A stretch of DNA of 64,000 bases, from contig JASCQW010000139.1 of the NCBI GenBank assembly GCA_030264375.1, positions 6,529,654 through 6,593,653 of the forward strand, given 5' to 3'. Origin of the DNA: Carcharhinus longimanus (lineage: Eukaryota). Each line of letters begins with the position of its first letter. Position 1 is the first letter of the stretch. The translations under genes and the position numbers were made by a program. Under the pieces are notes generated by a model, which was not told where the DNA came from, did no database searches, and was given only the letters and a program-made list of their open reading frames with translations. Positions 40,890-56,930 of the stretch are shown piece after piece.

Positions 40890-41635
40890 TAAATACTATG
40901 GCTATAAGAGCAGGTAAGGGACTAAGAATCCTGTGGCAAGTCACTCGCTTCCTGACTCACAAAAGTCTTTCCACCATCCACAGGCACAAGCCAGGAGTAT
41001 GACAGAGTATTCTCCACTTGCCTGGATAAGTACAACTTCAACTAGACATAAATATTAACTCCCTTGAACAAGTGTAAACAAGAACAAAGAACAGTACAGC
41101 ACAGGAACAGACCCCTTCAGCTCACCAAACCTGCACAATAACAGCATTATACACCAGTTACAAGGTGCGTAGAAAATAGAAGTAGGTGTAGGCCGTTCAG
41201 CCCTTGGAGCCTGCTGATTATGGCTGATCATCAAAGTCAATACTTGATCCTGCATTCCCTCCATATCCCTTGATTCCTTAAGCCCCTAGATCTATATCAA
41301 ATTTCTTCTTGTAGCAACTCACCAAGTCTCCTTAGATAGCACCTCCCAAATCCACAACTACTACCAGCTAGAAGGACAAAAGCAGCTAACACCATACCTG
41401 GAAGTTTTTCTTCAAGCCACTTACCAACCTGACTTGGAAATATTTCACCATTCCTTCATTGTCACTGGGTCAAAATCCTGGAACTCTCTCCCTCTCAGCA
41501 CCATGAGTGTATCTACCTCAGGGACTGCAGTGGTTCAAGAATGCAATTCATCACCAGCTTAAAGGCAGTTATGAATGGGCAATAAATGCTGGGCTCGCCA
41601 GCAAGATCCACATTCAACAAAAGAATTTAAAAAAT
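40890..41635 (+). mobile_element. Decayed LINE 3' region and tail (CR1/L2 group) with nested antisense CR1 3' ends at about 41075-41310
   Basis: Tail homologous to 1-115; aacaagaacaaagaacagtacagcacagg is an inverted CR1 terminus. Confidence 0.6.
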
Positions 41636-41659
41636 TAATTTAATAACCTAGGTTGGATA

Positions 41660-41870
41660 CAATAATTACGAGGGGCCACGGGCTTAGCGTGAGGGGGGAT
41701 AAGGTATAACTCGGATGTTAGAGGGAGGTTTTTCACACAGAGGGTGGTGGGGGCCTGGAATGCATCGTCAAGTAGGGTGGTGGAGGCAGGCACACTAGGG
41801 TTGTTTAAGGCTTACTTGGACAGGCACATGAGCGGACTACAGATGGAGGGATACAGGAGACTTTTCTAAA
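41660..41870 (+). mobile_element. CR1 LINE 3' end
   Basis: TRGH...FFTQRVVGAWN-coding segment. Confidence 0.75.
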
Positions 41871-42164
41871 TAAAGATCAAGAGCTTTGGGACATCCCTGG
41901 GAATCAATTGATTCCTATGGACCTTCCAAAATATTTCATAGCTCACTTGCTTTGTGCTTCTGGGGATTCTGTAAATGTCTAAGTTTTGCATGTTTATTGA
42001 TGTCTTTGTTACTTATTAGGTGATTTGGTCCACTTTGTTGGCCAAGGGGCGTACACAGTGGGTCGTGCGATGGCTGCTCTTGGATGTGGCTTTGAAAGTT
42101 GCTTAGTGCTTCATGTCATTAGTGTATACTTAAACTGGACCATCTGACAAGCAACATGACAGCT

Positions 42165-42450
42165 CAGGTGACTATCACTTTGCTGTGCAGATACCTGGCT
42201 TTGGGCTGGTGTCTGTGGGGGTTTGCACATTCTCCGTGATTGTGTGGGTTTGCTCTGGCTTCCTCCCACATCCCAAAAATGTGCTCTTAGGCTGATTAGG
42301 GGCAATTTGTTACACCAAATTAGCCTTCCCTCAAATCTTCCCCAGTAGGTGTAGACAAAGGTCATGGGTAGAGGAGGGCACTCAAATGTTAAAATGGCAG
42401 TGAGAGAGTGTGTTGGGCTAAAGGGCCTGTTTCCCATGCTGTGTTGTTCT
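42165..42450 (+). mobile_element. V-SINE, decayed
   Basis: gtctgtgggggtttgcacattctcc...ttcctcccacatcccaaa. Confidence 0.6.
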
Positions 42451-42610
42451 TTAAAGTTATACAGCCCTTCAGACCAGATACCACAAACAATTAAATCCAT
42501 TCAGCTGGATCACTAGATAAAAAAGGACAAGGATATTGCCAACAGGGCAAGTGCAACTTTCAATTATACCACTCCCACCCAGAGAGTTAAAAACAGTTCT
42601 CCACAACCTA

Positions 42611-42883
<273 letters not shown>

Positions 42884-43668
42884 CTATTACCAGAAAAAGG
42901 GATGCACTTGAGGGCCAGTGTGTTTTCACCTTGTTTGACCAAGCCACCACAAAATGATACTTGATACCTGTCAGGCTCAACTCCCAAGGTTGAGACTGAT
43001 GTGCTAAAATCCTTTTGTAACAAAAGGACAATTCATAAGATGGGTAGACCCATCCTTCATCCGCATTCAGTTCTATTAAACCAAAAGCTGTATTTTCCCC
43101 CCCTTTTCAGCATGTACCAAATTTCCCTTTTGAATGTTACCAATTAATTGGCTTCCAACACCCTTCAAAGCACTACATTTCAGATAACTCAAATACTGCA
43201 AAAGTAGTGCCAAAAAAGGGCAAATGTACATTTTGTAAGGGTTCAAACAATCCAGAGCTAGTTCCACCACTTTTTCCTGGTATGAGCACCAATTGTGCCC
43301 CCCCCACTTCCAATACTTGGCATCCAATTCAGAATAGGAGGAACTTTCAGGCTCAGAGTCCACTTCTATTGGATTAATTTGTGGCATGGTCCCCTTATGT
43401 TAATTGGAAATTTGGTACTTAGTTTCCTTAGTGTATTAAAATTCAAGGTCCTCTTGTGAACAAGTCACATTAGTGAGCACTGCAGAATGATCAAAGTTCA
43501 GTCCATTAATTCAGGTTAACATTAAAATATATAGTGTTAAACATTCAAGTAATTTTAGACATTGAGATCAAAAGACATGGAAAGACATTCTTGCAATATA
43601 ACAAGGTTAACTGAAGTACAAGGGTTCTTTTCTGCATTGACTCACTTTCAAAGAGAAAATTCCCTTAC

Positions 43669-43791
43669 CTGGGTGATATCTGCAAGAGGTTCTTCATCCT
43701 GAACCAACATCTGAGCAAACTGAAGTCCTTGATCAGGACCAACTCTCATTACGTTCCTCAGCAGAAAGATCCAGTCTGGCGAGTAACCAAC
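43669..43791 (-). CDS. CLTC: CLTC exon 10 (123 nt; VGYSPDW...ADITQ)
   Basis: gttcag acceptor, gtaagg donor. Confidence 0.96.
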
Positions 43792-44119
43792 CTGAACAAG
43801 GATGGGCCACAGTTGAGCAATAAACAAATACACACCTACAACAGTCAACTATCTAGCTACATCAATTACAAGCCTACAGCTTTAAATGGATTCTTGAGAA
43901 AAAAGGCAGAACTTCTGCATCACACAAATCTTATAAACACATTTTAGATGATGTGGCTTAACTTTGATAAGAGCCACTTTTTGTAGCTGATCCCAATACA
44001 AATCTAAAATTCTACATTTTGATAAAGGTTGCTGAGACTCAGACTCACTAAAGCTTTAGATTAAAGGCAAACAGACACACATAGCAATGTCATTTTCAGT
44101 TTGCAATCAAGACATTGCA

Positions 44120-44850
44120 AGAATCAATGCTTGGGCATCAGTCAAGTGCAATACAATCTATAATTAATGACTTGGATGAGGGAAACAGTGTGATGTATCC
44201 AAGTTTAGTTTGTGGACAAAAATGAAGTGGGAAAGTGGCAAGGAGGACACGAGGCAGAAAAATTGTAATATTTGAACATGGCAGATGGTATAGAAGAATT
44301 CAGAAACTGAAATTATCCACTAATAGAAAAACCTGAATTTAAGTGCACTAGTAAATGCAGACAGGCAGAGGAATGGGAGGACTCTTGCACATGAAATCAA
44401 ATATGAAAATGCAATAAGAAAATCAAATTGTCCATCACTGTCAGGGGCTGAGTACAAAAAGCACAAGTTTTAACCCCACAAAAGCACCATATAGTTTAGC
44501 TCAAGTAATGAGGAGCACAGATTCACTGGATTAATCCCCAAATTATGACTACCTTACTGTACTAACAAGGACATCATGGGAAACAAATCTAGTTTTAAAG
44601 TAGATTGCACTGGCCAAAACATTAACTAGCAGTCTCAGGACAAGAGATTCATTGGAAACTGAGCTGAAATTTAAGGGTTGTGAAATTTTCTACCCAGAAG
44701 GGATGCAGATGCTCAGTCATCAACCCTCAAACTAAGTAGATTTACCATCAAGGGCTCTGGGACTAGGATGGGAAAAGAGATAGATGAGCCAGCCATTCTT
44801 TAAATGAAGCTGACTGGTAGGGCTGTGGCCCATTCCTGCCTGTGTCCCAG
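44120..44850 (+). mobile_element. Old CR1 LINE remnant
   Basis: acaatctataattaatgacttggatgag...tccaagttt; heavily eroded. Confidence 0.5.
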
Positions 44851-45059
44851 GAGCAGTGAAGGATTATGCACAGCTCTGAAAATTAGTTTTAGGTTGAAGG
44901 CAGTTAGGACTTGGAGTTGAAGGACCTTCCAACTAGTTCAACAGTACTCCCAGAAAGAACAGAACTGAATGAATAAAGGAGATCGGTCAAATCCTTAGAA
45001 GGAAAAGCAGATTTAATAAAGTTTATAATTGTCTCCTGTCCAAGCTGAACAAATAGTTA

Positions 45060-45230
<171 letters not shown>

Positions 45231-46149
45231 CTACAAGAACAAAAACAGACCCATTAGATCACAAACTACTAAAAAGTTCAGCTTACTAGTGCACGACCAC
45301 TTATAAAATCAGGAGAACATTCTTACCCAACTGTGACACAGGCACGTGAAAATAAGGGGGAATTGTTACATGGAGCCACAGCTCTGGAGTTGATTTACAA
45401 ACCAACTACAATTTAAATTGAGTACTAATTCTTGGCAAGTTTAATTCTGCTAAAGCCTCTGATTCAGCATTTTTCCTATCATTAGGCAAAAAAGTTGAAT
45501 GTTATTAGGTCTGATACAATGTGCTAGCTACAAAAATTAATGGCCTACAATTTAGATTTGGTAAATATGGTTGACTAATACTAGGACAGTAGGAAGTCAG
45601 TTAGTTCACACTTGAGGCAAGACATCAAGTTTGAACAAAGAGGCAGGTATAATAGAAAACTGCAATCATTTCAGAAACAATGAATTAATATTTCCACTCA
45701 TTTGGAAAAATCTACTCAACTTCAAATGGAAGTAGTCAAATCAGGATTGTGCCACTTAGGAACAGTAAGATTATGGTGGTCCTACACTTCATAGAGGCTA
45801 CATGGCAGATAAAGCAAGCTTGGCAAGGTGTTGCCATGCATCACCTGTGCATGCTGCATCCATCTGTTGGTGGAGGGTGATTAGTCCAGTTAATCAAGTA
45901 ACCCATTTGGTCCTGGGTTAACTTGCATTAAAACTCCATTCAGAAGCACAACATTCCAGCCTTGTAGATGGAGGCTCTAAAGTGCCAAGTTATGAATTAC
46001 ATAGTTCAAGGTAGTAGCTTTCAGAGCAACACAGCCCATCACATCAGCTATTTAACAATGTCATTAACCAACAGAAGCTTCTAGTGAAGAGCAGATCTGG
46101 GCAGCCTTCCAACTTTACTGTAAAAAAAAAATGCAACTTGGAAGAATTG

Positions 46150-46440
46150 GATACCTGGAATTCATGCTAACAGCATGCTGCAGGGAGAGGATGGCACTGT
46201 CACTGGCTTAAACTCTGCCACAGTAAATGGTGAATTAAAAGCTCATGATTGTTGACTGACATTAAAATCTATCTAGTTCACCAACATCCTTTAGGATAGG
46301 AAATATGCCACCCTTACCTGATCTGGCCTACGTTTGACTCCCCAAATTGCCCTCTGAAATGACCAGCAGGCTGCTCAATACAAGGGTAATTATGGGTGGG
46401 CAATAAATGCAGGCCCAGCCAGTGCCCAAATTGAATGCAT
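46150..46440 (+). mobile_element. SINE-like element sharing the gggcaataaatgc LINE tail
   Basis: tttagg..aggaaat.tgcc.cccttacctg.tctggcctac core; similar copy at about 32560-32690. Confidence 0.5.
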
Positions 46441-46468
46441 GACACAGTAAAGCCTGTAGGACAAATTA

Positions 46469-46792
<324 letters not shown>

Positions 46793-47139
46793 TTAAGTCA
46801 AAGCAAAGTAAACTGAATGAAGTCCACATATTGACATTATGGAAAACTACTGAACAAGACAATAGTCAAAAATGTCTACACTTCATTATATCTGCCATTA
46901 AACAGATTTAGTTCTTACACATGATTGAAGCAGAGTCAAATCAGTATCACAATGACTAAGGCTGCCACTGAAGTGGTTCCAAACTACTTGTGCATTAAAC
47001 TGGAAATATCTTCTGCAATTTTCAAATGAGAAAAATATGTACAAAGCTTCAATTTGTTAATGCACCTGTTGCATTTAACAAACCATGGATCCACTTTTTG
47101 GCAAAAGCAAACTATTTCATCTCAACTTAATTTTTACTA

Positions 47140-47427
<288 letters not shown>

Positions 47428-50400
47428 TTAGTAAAAAACTTTAATGTTGAACTGATATGAAACTTGAGCTTTATGGGGGAACTACCAGTCCAATGCAATA
47501 TTTTAACATTGCCAAAGCAATTTATTGAAATGCAGAGTTCTACAAATATCTTTAGTGGCAAAATGACAAATCATTCTGGACAGCTTAGGCACTGGTGTCT
47601 TTTCACAACAGCATTGTACTGGTACAAGCAAGGTTGATGATACCTGGAGCAAAGTTTGGATGTTTGATTTGTTCATAAGCCCTTGGGATTAAAACTTTAA
47701 AAACCTTGTTCACCAGCTTAGTGTTTCCTCAAATCACTTATGATGCCATCTCATTTCAAATTTTACCTGTTCAAATCACCCAAGTTATTCAATATTCACA
47801 TTGAATGTGGTTTTTAAAAGCAAGGCCAACTGGATGGCAAATATTGATCTGGTTAATCCATCACAAGATGTTCTAGATGTAATCAAATCCAGAAATTATG
47901 TTGCCTGCAGTGCTCAACTCAAAATACCCAGTATTTGATACAAGAATGAGAGGGTTTCTCAGGTGTTAGTGCCCAGTCAGGTCACCATAGTACAAAGTCC
48001 TTGAAGGGTGCAGAGGTGATTCACCAGGATGGCTCTGTGATCAGGCATTTGAGTTATAAAGCATTGGTCAAAGAGGCCATGGTTGTCTTCCTTGAAGCAA
48101 AGGAGATTTGATACCAGATTGACAGGTTTGAATAAGCAAAAAATTCTTAGCTGAAGGGCTTGAGCCAAGAGGCAGAATTGTGGGAAAACGAAAATGAAAT
48201 TGCCTGGAGCTCATGGCCCATAGGGGTGGTGGAAACAGGACAGTGATTGAAAAAATAGACCAGCACTTCAAAATAAGCTTTTAGGGAATCTGGGACTGAC
48301 TTGGGTTTATGTCATTTACAGCACAGCAGTACATTTGTAAACTGTTGATACAAATCAACTCCAATCCTTCAATAATCAGCCTACTCATTACAACACAACT
48401 TAGCAACTAGAATGGGAAGAATAATGAGTTCACAAGTTTTTAAATGCTGAAATGGACCCAGGCTAGGTCTAGTGTGCACTGGCTGATTCATATTGTTGAC
48501 TGGGTACAAAAGGTCCCAAGGACAGCCATTGCAGATGTAATATCATCCATAGCTACAACATGAATTTACTTTGAAAAAAAAAGAGATTGTAGGATTCAGG
48601 ATAGTAATTTTTCCAACTATTTAAATCTATGCTATATAGTTATGATATGCTTGCATTTTTTTAATGCCAGGATATAAAATTCAAATCATGAAGGAAGTTC
48701 AAGGTCACAGCAAAGCAAATACTAATCTAATCTGTCAACATAGACAAACTCCAGCCTTGATCCTAGCCCATTTCTGGTGCTCCCTACACAGGAGATAAGA
48801 GTGGCAATTAGCTCAGACAACACCAAAATTTGCAAGTAACAGCATATGTGGTAGGGTTTATACTGGTGGAAAATGGCTTGTAAGCAAATATCAATACATT
48901 TTCTCTTGCATAAATAGATCTGTAATTTGTGGAATGGGCAATTAACTGTAACAAAATGTTGATTTCAAATACAAACATGCTCAAAAACATGGCCTTTTAC
49001 AGTTAGACATTCAAAAGGGAAGGGGGTTGCATTACCAATCCACACATGCAATGAAATAGCAAGATCAATGTTACAGGCACCATGGCAGTGCAGTTATGCA
49101 CATGCAAGAAATTCCAGGCTGCACAGATTGATGCAAGACAACTCAACCTGGAAGGTGAGGTTGAAATTAAATATCTAAAACCATAGTTATTTGCAACTAA
49201 ATTAGGAGCAGCAGTAGACCATTCAGCCTCAGTCTGCTGTCATTTGGTAGGTCATGGCTAATGCCATTGTGGCCTCACTTTGCTGTCTCCCCTCCTTAAC
49301 CTATGCAGACTGACATTAACAAACAAGTCAAATGCTGCCTCTAGACCAAATTTTAGAAATTCTCCATCTTAAATATGAGTCATCCTTATTTTAAAACTCT
49401 CCTAGCCCTAATGCCCCATGGGCAAGACAACCTCTAAGCACCTACCCTGCCCAGCTCCTATTGTAATGGATATAGGCCTACTTGTCCTTCAAGTGATCCT
49501 TCTGAACTGCTTCTAATGCAATTATATCCCAAGTAAGATCAAAACAGTACGCAGCAGCCTCACCACATTATTGCAAGGAGTATTAACATTGCATTCACCT
49601 TCTGTATGCTGAACAAGATTTGTGTACCAAAACATTCAAATCCCTCTACTGCAATCTCTTCATTTCAACTAGATAAAGTTGAAAATTCCAGTTCTTCAAC
49701 ACAAAAATCTAGGCTGACTGTCTCAGATGAGACATGATACAAGTCTCTTTCCTTTCAGGTTGGTGCAAGAGATCTGGCCCAATTTGTCTTTTCAAAAATT
49801 CTTTGAAAATTAAGCAAAGTGCCTTGGGATAGAAAATTGTATTTCATTTTGAATAATACACTAACAAAAAAAAAAAGAATATTCCCCCACTGTCTGCCAA
49901 AAGGAACACTGAACAAAGATGACCTTTGGTTAAATACAATGGCTGCCAACACTGATCACATTTCCACATTAAAAATTAATGTTGCTATAACTGGCAAGTG
50001 ATGGATCAATTGACTGATTCTTGTATTAACACTTCCTCTTCACAAACCTGCTGCCACTGCCACCTGAACTTTGCTCCAAAACTGCCCTACATGTTAGTTC
50101 TATGTATTTCAAAACCATGAAAGGTCACTGACTCACCACATGCCATAGAAAATAGGTCAAATCAGCCAAACAGTCCACTACCTGCTCAAAATTTAAAAAT
50201 GGAAACCCAGAAGCACATTTATAATTTATGAAGCAATAGGCTGGCTAACTGAGCAGGGCACTTTATGCCTCTAAATTACACCAATGTAGCTTTATTCAGA
50301 AGATAAAGTTCAACTTTAAAAAGGTATTAAGGCACTTTAGTGATGCAATGAAAACATGCTGTGCCAAATTTGAGGGGTTGCTAAAACTCAGTTGAAGATT

Positions 50401-50580
50401 TAAGATTGTGGAATCAGGTTTCAGCTTTGTGGGCAGGGAAGGGACTGGGATATACAGGTGTTTGTGGCAAGGGCTTGCCACCAATGTCAAACTGGTTGAA
50501 CAGGCTCACCTTAGACACACTAACAGGGCAAGCTGAGCCACATCGGCCTGGGAGCTGACATTTCTATGAAGGACCCACTA

Positions 50581-50877
<297 letters not shown>

Positions 50878-51509
50878 TCAGGGAAGAAAAAAGGTTCATT
50901 AAGTTACTGCATACCACTCAGACAAAACTAATTTTTGTAGGCACTAAAAAAGTAGACTAGTCTTCAAATTGTGCAATGATTTGTTTCACCCAAATTTTAG
51001 CTAGGTTGTGCATACAGGACCTCTGGAGGAACTGTCCCAGACCACAAGAACCAATTAGTCAGTGTGCTGTAGGAATATATTGGTGGAAAGGGATAAGGCA
51101 GCCAGTATCAAAATCTTGTGCAAGGTAGAAGAATGCAGGTGTTAGTGTACAAACAGTAAATACAATGTTGATAAGGAAAGGAAATTCTGTACACATTTGA
51201 CAGAATTGTGGTACCATTAGTTTGGAATTCAAGTGCACTGAAGCTAATATTTACTAACAGCCAATGCCATGTTCCATGAATGAATTAAACCAATTTAATG
51301 TCAGATACCATTTTGGCACACAAGCAGCCAACATGCACAGGTATGTACCATGCAAGTGCTGAAGGAACAGAAGGCTCAGCCATTTTAATTCTTCATGTTG
51401 ATCTATTTTGTGCATAGAAAATCTTAATGTTAATCCAACCTGCAGGTGGCAAGAGTACCTTCAGTTTCCCAAACCTGCACAATGGCTTGGATATTATTCT
51501 ACATTAACA

Positions 51510-52015
51510 TAGGGATCTGAAGTGTGAAGGTCCATATAGTTCCACAAGTGGCAACAAAGGCAGCCAAGGTGATTAAGCATATAGCATGCTCGCCTTCATT
51601 TACCAGTGCATTGAGTAGGGAGTTGGGAAATCATGTTGCATACAGGCCACGGGGAGTATTGTGTCCAATTCTGGTCACCACACTAGAGGAATGTGGAAGC
51701 TTTGGAGAGAATGTGCGTACTTAGCTTTCTCCCCCACCCTAGAATGGAAGTTCCAATTACAAAAAGGAGGCACAGGTTCAAAGTGAGGGGGGGTGGGGAG
51801 AGAATGTTTTACTGCAGACTGATGGGTGCCTGGAATGCACTGCCAGGGGTTGCAGTGGAAAAACAGGCAGATTAGCAATGTTTGAGGCATCTGAATGGAT
51901 ACATGAATAGGGAGGGGTTAGAGTGATGCAAACCAAGTAATGGCAGATTTTGAGTTAAGGCACCATGATCAGCACAGGCTTGGAGGGCTGAAGGGCCTGT
52001 TCTGTACTTCATTCC
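51510..52015 (+). mobile_element. CR1 LINE 3' fragment with internal deletion
   Basis: ggagtattgtgtccaattctggtcacca...tgcctggaatgcactgcc...gggctgaagggcctgttctgt. Confidence 0.7.
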
Positions 52016-52064
52016 AGAACACAGTTGAAGAAACTAGATAAAAAGTGGCATAGTACTCAATTAC

Positions 52065-52178
52065 CTGCATTGCAACAGGGAAGTCATTTTGTGCTTCTGG
52101 TGGGAAAAAGACATCCACTGCCTTTTTGGCAAAAGGCTGGTTCCCTGTAGGAGGAGTACCCACTTCGATAATGTGAAG
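52065..52178 (-). CDS. CLTC: CLTC exon 5 (114 nt; [10 protein letters not shown]...PVAMQ)
   Basis: ttctag acceptor, gtaatt donor. Confidence 0.96.
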
Positions 52179-52870
52179 CTAGAAGAAAACCAGACAGGAG
52201 TATACATACAGGTAACAGAATCACAAATCAAGTTCATTAAATACTGGAGTTAGCATTATACTAGATTCAAACCATGTTGGCTCATTGAGATTAATTACTG
52301 CAGAGTCAAGTACTAACTGAAAGAAACTGGGTTATGTTTTTCATTGGTTGTGTTCAGTTGGAAATAAAACAAAGTCACAGTTACACAAGTACAAATGTAG
52401 TCACAGCACAAGTTACTTCAGGCTTGGAAGATTTATGGCTAACCTGAGTCAGAAATATTAGGCAGTTTTATGCACTCAGCTGTTAAATGGTAAAATACGG
52501 AACTAGAAACATTCCAAACCTCCTGTGGCTATTGCAGGCACTATGGATCAATGGGCTAGAAATAGAAAACTTCAAATCTGTTACTGGAGCTGAAGGACAA
52601 GTCCACAGAACCCTAGTGCAGAAGGCCATTGTGTCTGCACAAACTCTGAAAGAACACTCTACAACTCTTGTTCCCTGTTTGTTTCTTTCTTCCCTTCCTC
52701 CTCCCCCCACCACCCTGTCATGGTGCTGCCCTCATTCATGGCTTCTACTCAGTCCACAGAACTGAACAATCAGTGCTTCTAGGGTCAGAAAGTGAAAGAA
52801 TGGCATGGGTATTAGTGCCACCCCCACACCCCACTGGTGTTTGCAAACCACATTTGACAAAATCACCTTA

Positions 52871-53170
<300 letters not shown>

Positions 53171-53631
53171 TTAGAGGAACCTAAAGCTCTTGTGCTTTCT
53201 TCTCCAGTTTGGGAGCAAAAAAAAGGATGCCAAAGATGCATTAAGCCCAGTTGGTGCACAGCTGCCACAATTTTTTTTTTTAAATGGTGAATTTCAAAAA
53301 ATAATTGTAACCCCAAAAGCAATTGTGGGTAGTTCAGCTACTTCTGCAGTTAAACAGCAAGCACAAGGCCAGCTCTCAACTGTAGTACATTTGCCCTCTG
53401 GCAGGATGTAGCCACACCTGTTTACTCCCTGCCCTTCCTCAACCCCACCAGTATCTTTGTACAGCATTAAGGCAATGCTTAGAGAAACCAGCAATTGTTG
53501 AATGGGGTATAAATGCCAAAGATGTAATGAGGGACACTATGCCACCACATAGCCCCAAAATAAGCAGTGGGACACAGTTGACACCTTAAGCCAACATCCA
53601 CATGCAAGCAATATAGGAAAAACTTTACTCA

Positions 53632-54012
<381 letters not shown>

Positions 54013-55268
54013 TCAATCCTCCCCTTAGACTTTTAGATAGCAGGCCAGTAAAGCTCACTTGCAGGTTTCCCTTCTTAAAATGGTGTAATAGTAGTAGATT
54101 TGATGCCCTACAATTTAACCAAGTGATTGTATAGCTTGAACAAACATTTGTAATTTCTTACTGAATTGCAAATGTTAAAAATCAAGTTAATTTGAGTCAG
54201 TCAAGAAACTAATCACAGGACTACTTGTCCAGTTGATACTAGGTATAAGCCAGAGCAATGCAGTATCTGTCTATAGTTGTTTTGTAAAAAGATAACTTTT
54301 TACAAGATTGCAGTACATGTGAATGGTAGCAGGTCTGAACCAAACAGCATTCATTTGTATGCGTTTCTGGAGCACAACACAGCACTCAAAAGGATGGGAA
54401 CATCTACAACTAGCACTCAATGAGATTAAAGTTTTCCCACTTGTAACAAATAATTGGTGGTGTTCTGTGGCTATGAGAATTTTTGAAAACACTACAATCT
54501 AAGCCAAGCATTTTGCTGAACTGCATTTAAGTTTTCTTGGTGCAAAAGCTCATCCACAATTCACTACAAGGTTGGGTCAAAGTGTTGAGTGCCTAAAGAC
54601 ACTTAACAGGGATCAGAATAAAAAAGGTACACTAGTAGACTCAAACCAACTTTTCCTATCGAGCCTGACAAGTGAAGACTGAGAAAAAAATTGTTAAACT
54701 CTTGGATTTATGTACAGGGGAAAAACCCAACTGCTTAGTGCTTGTTCCCATCCCAAATATCCAGTTGTACACAACACTACATAGAATTCAAAATGCAAAA
54801 ATTCAGGCTCATGGTTGTTCTGATCCAGTTCATAATGTGCAATTTGCATTCCCTCACCCTGTTTCAGAATTCAGACCTATGGAGACAAAGAATTGTGCAT
54901 TGCAAGCTGTGGGGATGTAACCAGTGTTATAATCAGCACAAGCTAAAAATTGATGAAGATGCCTGACATTACCAGGACTCGGTTGTATTTTTAAATTACC
55001 CCCAAGCTGCTAGGAACCAGAAAGGTAACTCTTCATACTCAGCTATTCATAAAGAGGCCTCAAGCCTTCACGTAGGTGGTTGAAGCACAAGAATATCAAA
55101 TCAGTACTGACAAAGAAAAACACCAAAATGTTCAGGCTTGTCAGTTTAATTCATAGGGCCCTTCAATTTTTAAATAAAGGAACAGTTTAGTCTTCCAGTA
55201 CAACACCTGGAAACCCAACAGTTTATAAACTGGACCAGAATCATGTGTCTAGATTTAAAGTAACTCAC

Positions 55269-55271
55269 CAT
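55269..55271 (-). CDS. CLTC: Candidate 3-nt alternative microexon ATG (ALK-D-AGK)
   Basis: Minus strand reads tttgcatttctttactgctttctttgtataagcag|ATG|gtgagt; frame-preserving in a phase-1 intron. Confidence 0.6.
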
Positions 55272-56856
55272 CTGCTTATACAAAGAAAGCAGTAAAGAAA
55301 TGCAAAGTAATTGAATCAGTAAAACAAGCTCCAGATATTAAGCGTCACAAAAAGCTATAATAAAAAGTTAACCTTTTGCAGGCTGCCTGGAGATTTAAAT
55401 CTCCAACTGCTTTGTGAACAGATGCAAGATAAAGCAGTCACTGCATTTCACTAGTAGACTTAATTTCATACCTAGCTGGTGAAAAATTCTTGAATACATA
55501 TGTACGCAAGTTTGGAGCAATTATGCATTTACACAAAATAGACATCCAGGGAATAGGTAGGGGAAGCTAAGTGAATAGCTAAAGCAAAGCTTTTTTAAAA
55601 TAGCTTTAAAAATAAAGTCCTGATGTAAATCAGCACTCCTGCTGAAGGAAGAAAGTTTTTTTCCACAAATTAGGGTTCATGGGTTTTGCAGCTCAATTGT
55701 GCATTTAAAATAATTCAGCTGTCAGAAATAGAGGGTTTTTTTTTTTAAAAACTTAAGTTTACCAAGTGATAAATTTAAATCTGCCCAAGATGAGTGCAGC
55801 TTTTATTCTGATCATATGGCAAGACTATATCTTGTGTCTAGATGGGATAGGGAGAATCCTATTTACTTTTAGGACTTCCAGGTTACAGCATCAAATTAGT
55901 TTGCAAGGCTAAAGTAGTACTTAGGATTTCTGTAATTTGGAAGTGGCACACCATACATCACCCCAGTTTATTTTGCAAGATGGTTCCAACTAGAAGAAAC
56001 ATTTGTACACATCACTGCATTCACATGTTATTAGCTCACTGAAAGTTAATGTTGTACTACCACTGCATCCACTAAATACACTACTGAGGCTACTTTCAAT
56101 GAGCTAACTACATTTACACAGTATGCAAAGGAACCTCCAAGAACAGGGAAGGAGATCATTTGTCATTTTCCCTTTTACATTGTGATGGAGCAGACTAACA
56201 GGATTATCCTATGACACCAAGTGTTCCTTCACTAGGGAGCACAGGTATCTTGAGATTAGCTTTTTCATTCAAAATGTGTTCCTGGCAAAGTTGCCATTCA
56301 GTACCCACCCTTCAAGGGAGACAGAACCAATAGCAGTTTAAGTACCAACCACATTGTGAAACTAGTTGCGCACAAGCCAGACCAGTTAACAGTGAGGTTT
56401 TTTCAAGATTCCAGTTATGAAACCCAGGATCTAAAGCTTCCTGTGTGGGTCACCAGTTTAAAGGTTAATAGGTCTCCCATTTAAGTTAGAAGTTGAGGTT
56501 CATGTCCCTGGGAAGATGGTGAATATTAAGTGGATAGATTCTTGACTAAGGGAGTCAAAGATTACCAGGGGTAAGAAAGTGAACTAAAACCACAATGACC
56601 ACCTTAATGAAAATGGGAGAACAAGCTGAGCAGTCAAATGCCCTAATCCTGCTTCATATGAATGCTAAGATTGTTCATGTCCTCAAGTGCATGCACTGGG
56701 ACAATATTCTAAATTTGTTTTCAGTCTTTTGCCAAGTAATGGAAATTTCCAATTAAAAAGTTAAGATAATTCAATAAATTTAGTGTGGTTTAAGTCTAGT
56801 GCGAACTGGAAGTTTAATAAATACACATTCTCAGCTCATTGACCAAAATGGTAGAC

Positions 56857-56930
56857 TAAGTAGTCTCACAACACCATGTTGTAAGGCTTCTTACTGTGTT
56901 TACCCCAGTCCAATATCAGCACCTCTACAT
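56857..56930. mobile_element. Collapsed Penelope-type insertion (74 bp) with 13-bp TSD
   Basis: CAAAATGGTAGAC at 56844-56856 and 56931-56943; internal short inversion and ttactgtgtttaccccagtcc terminus. Confidence 0.65.

Noticed and set aside
45327-45330. 4-nt microexon-like pattern (gtgtcacag|TTGG|gtaaga) in intron 8
   Set aside because: Frameshifting, with no further support; such patterns arise by chance
50509-50519. 10-nt exon-like pattern (ccctgttag|TGTGTCTAAG|gtgagc)
   Set aside because: Not frame-preserving and short pyrimidine tract
55460-55471. 12-nt GTATGAAATTAA segment resembling the mammalian 4-aa insertion after exon 2
   Set aside because: Donor (AA|gtctac) is very weak; the mammalian insertion likely comes from an alternative exon-2 donor, which has no counterpart here
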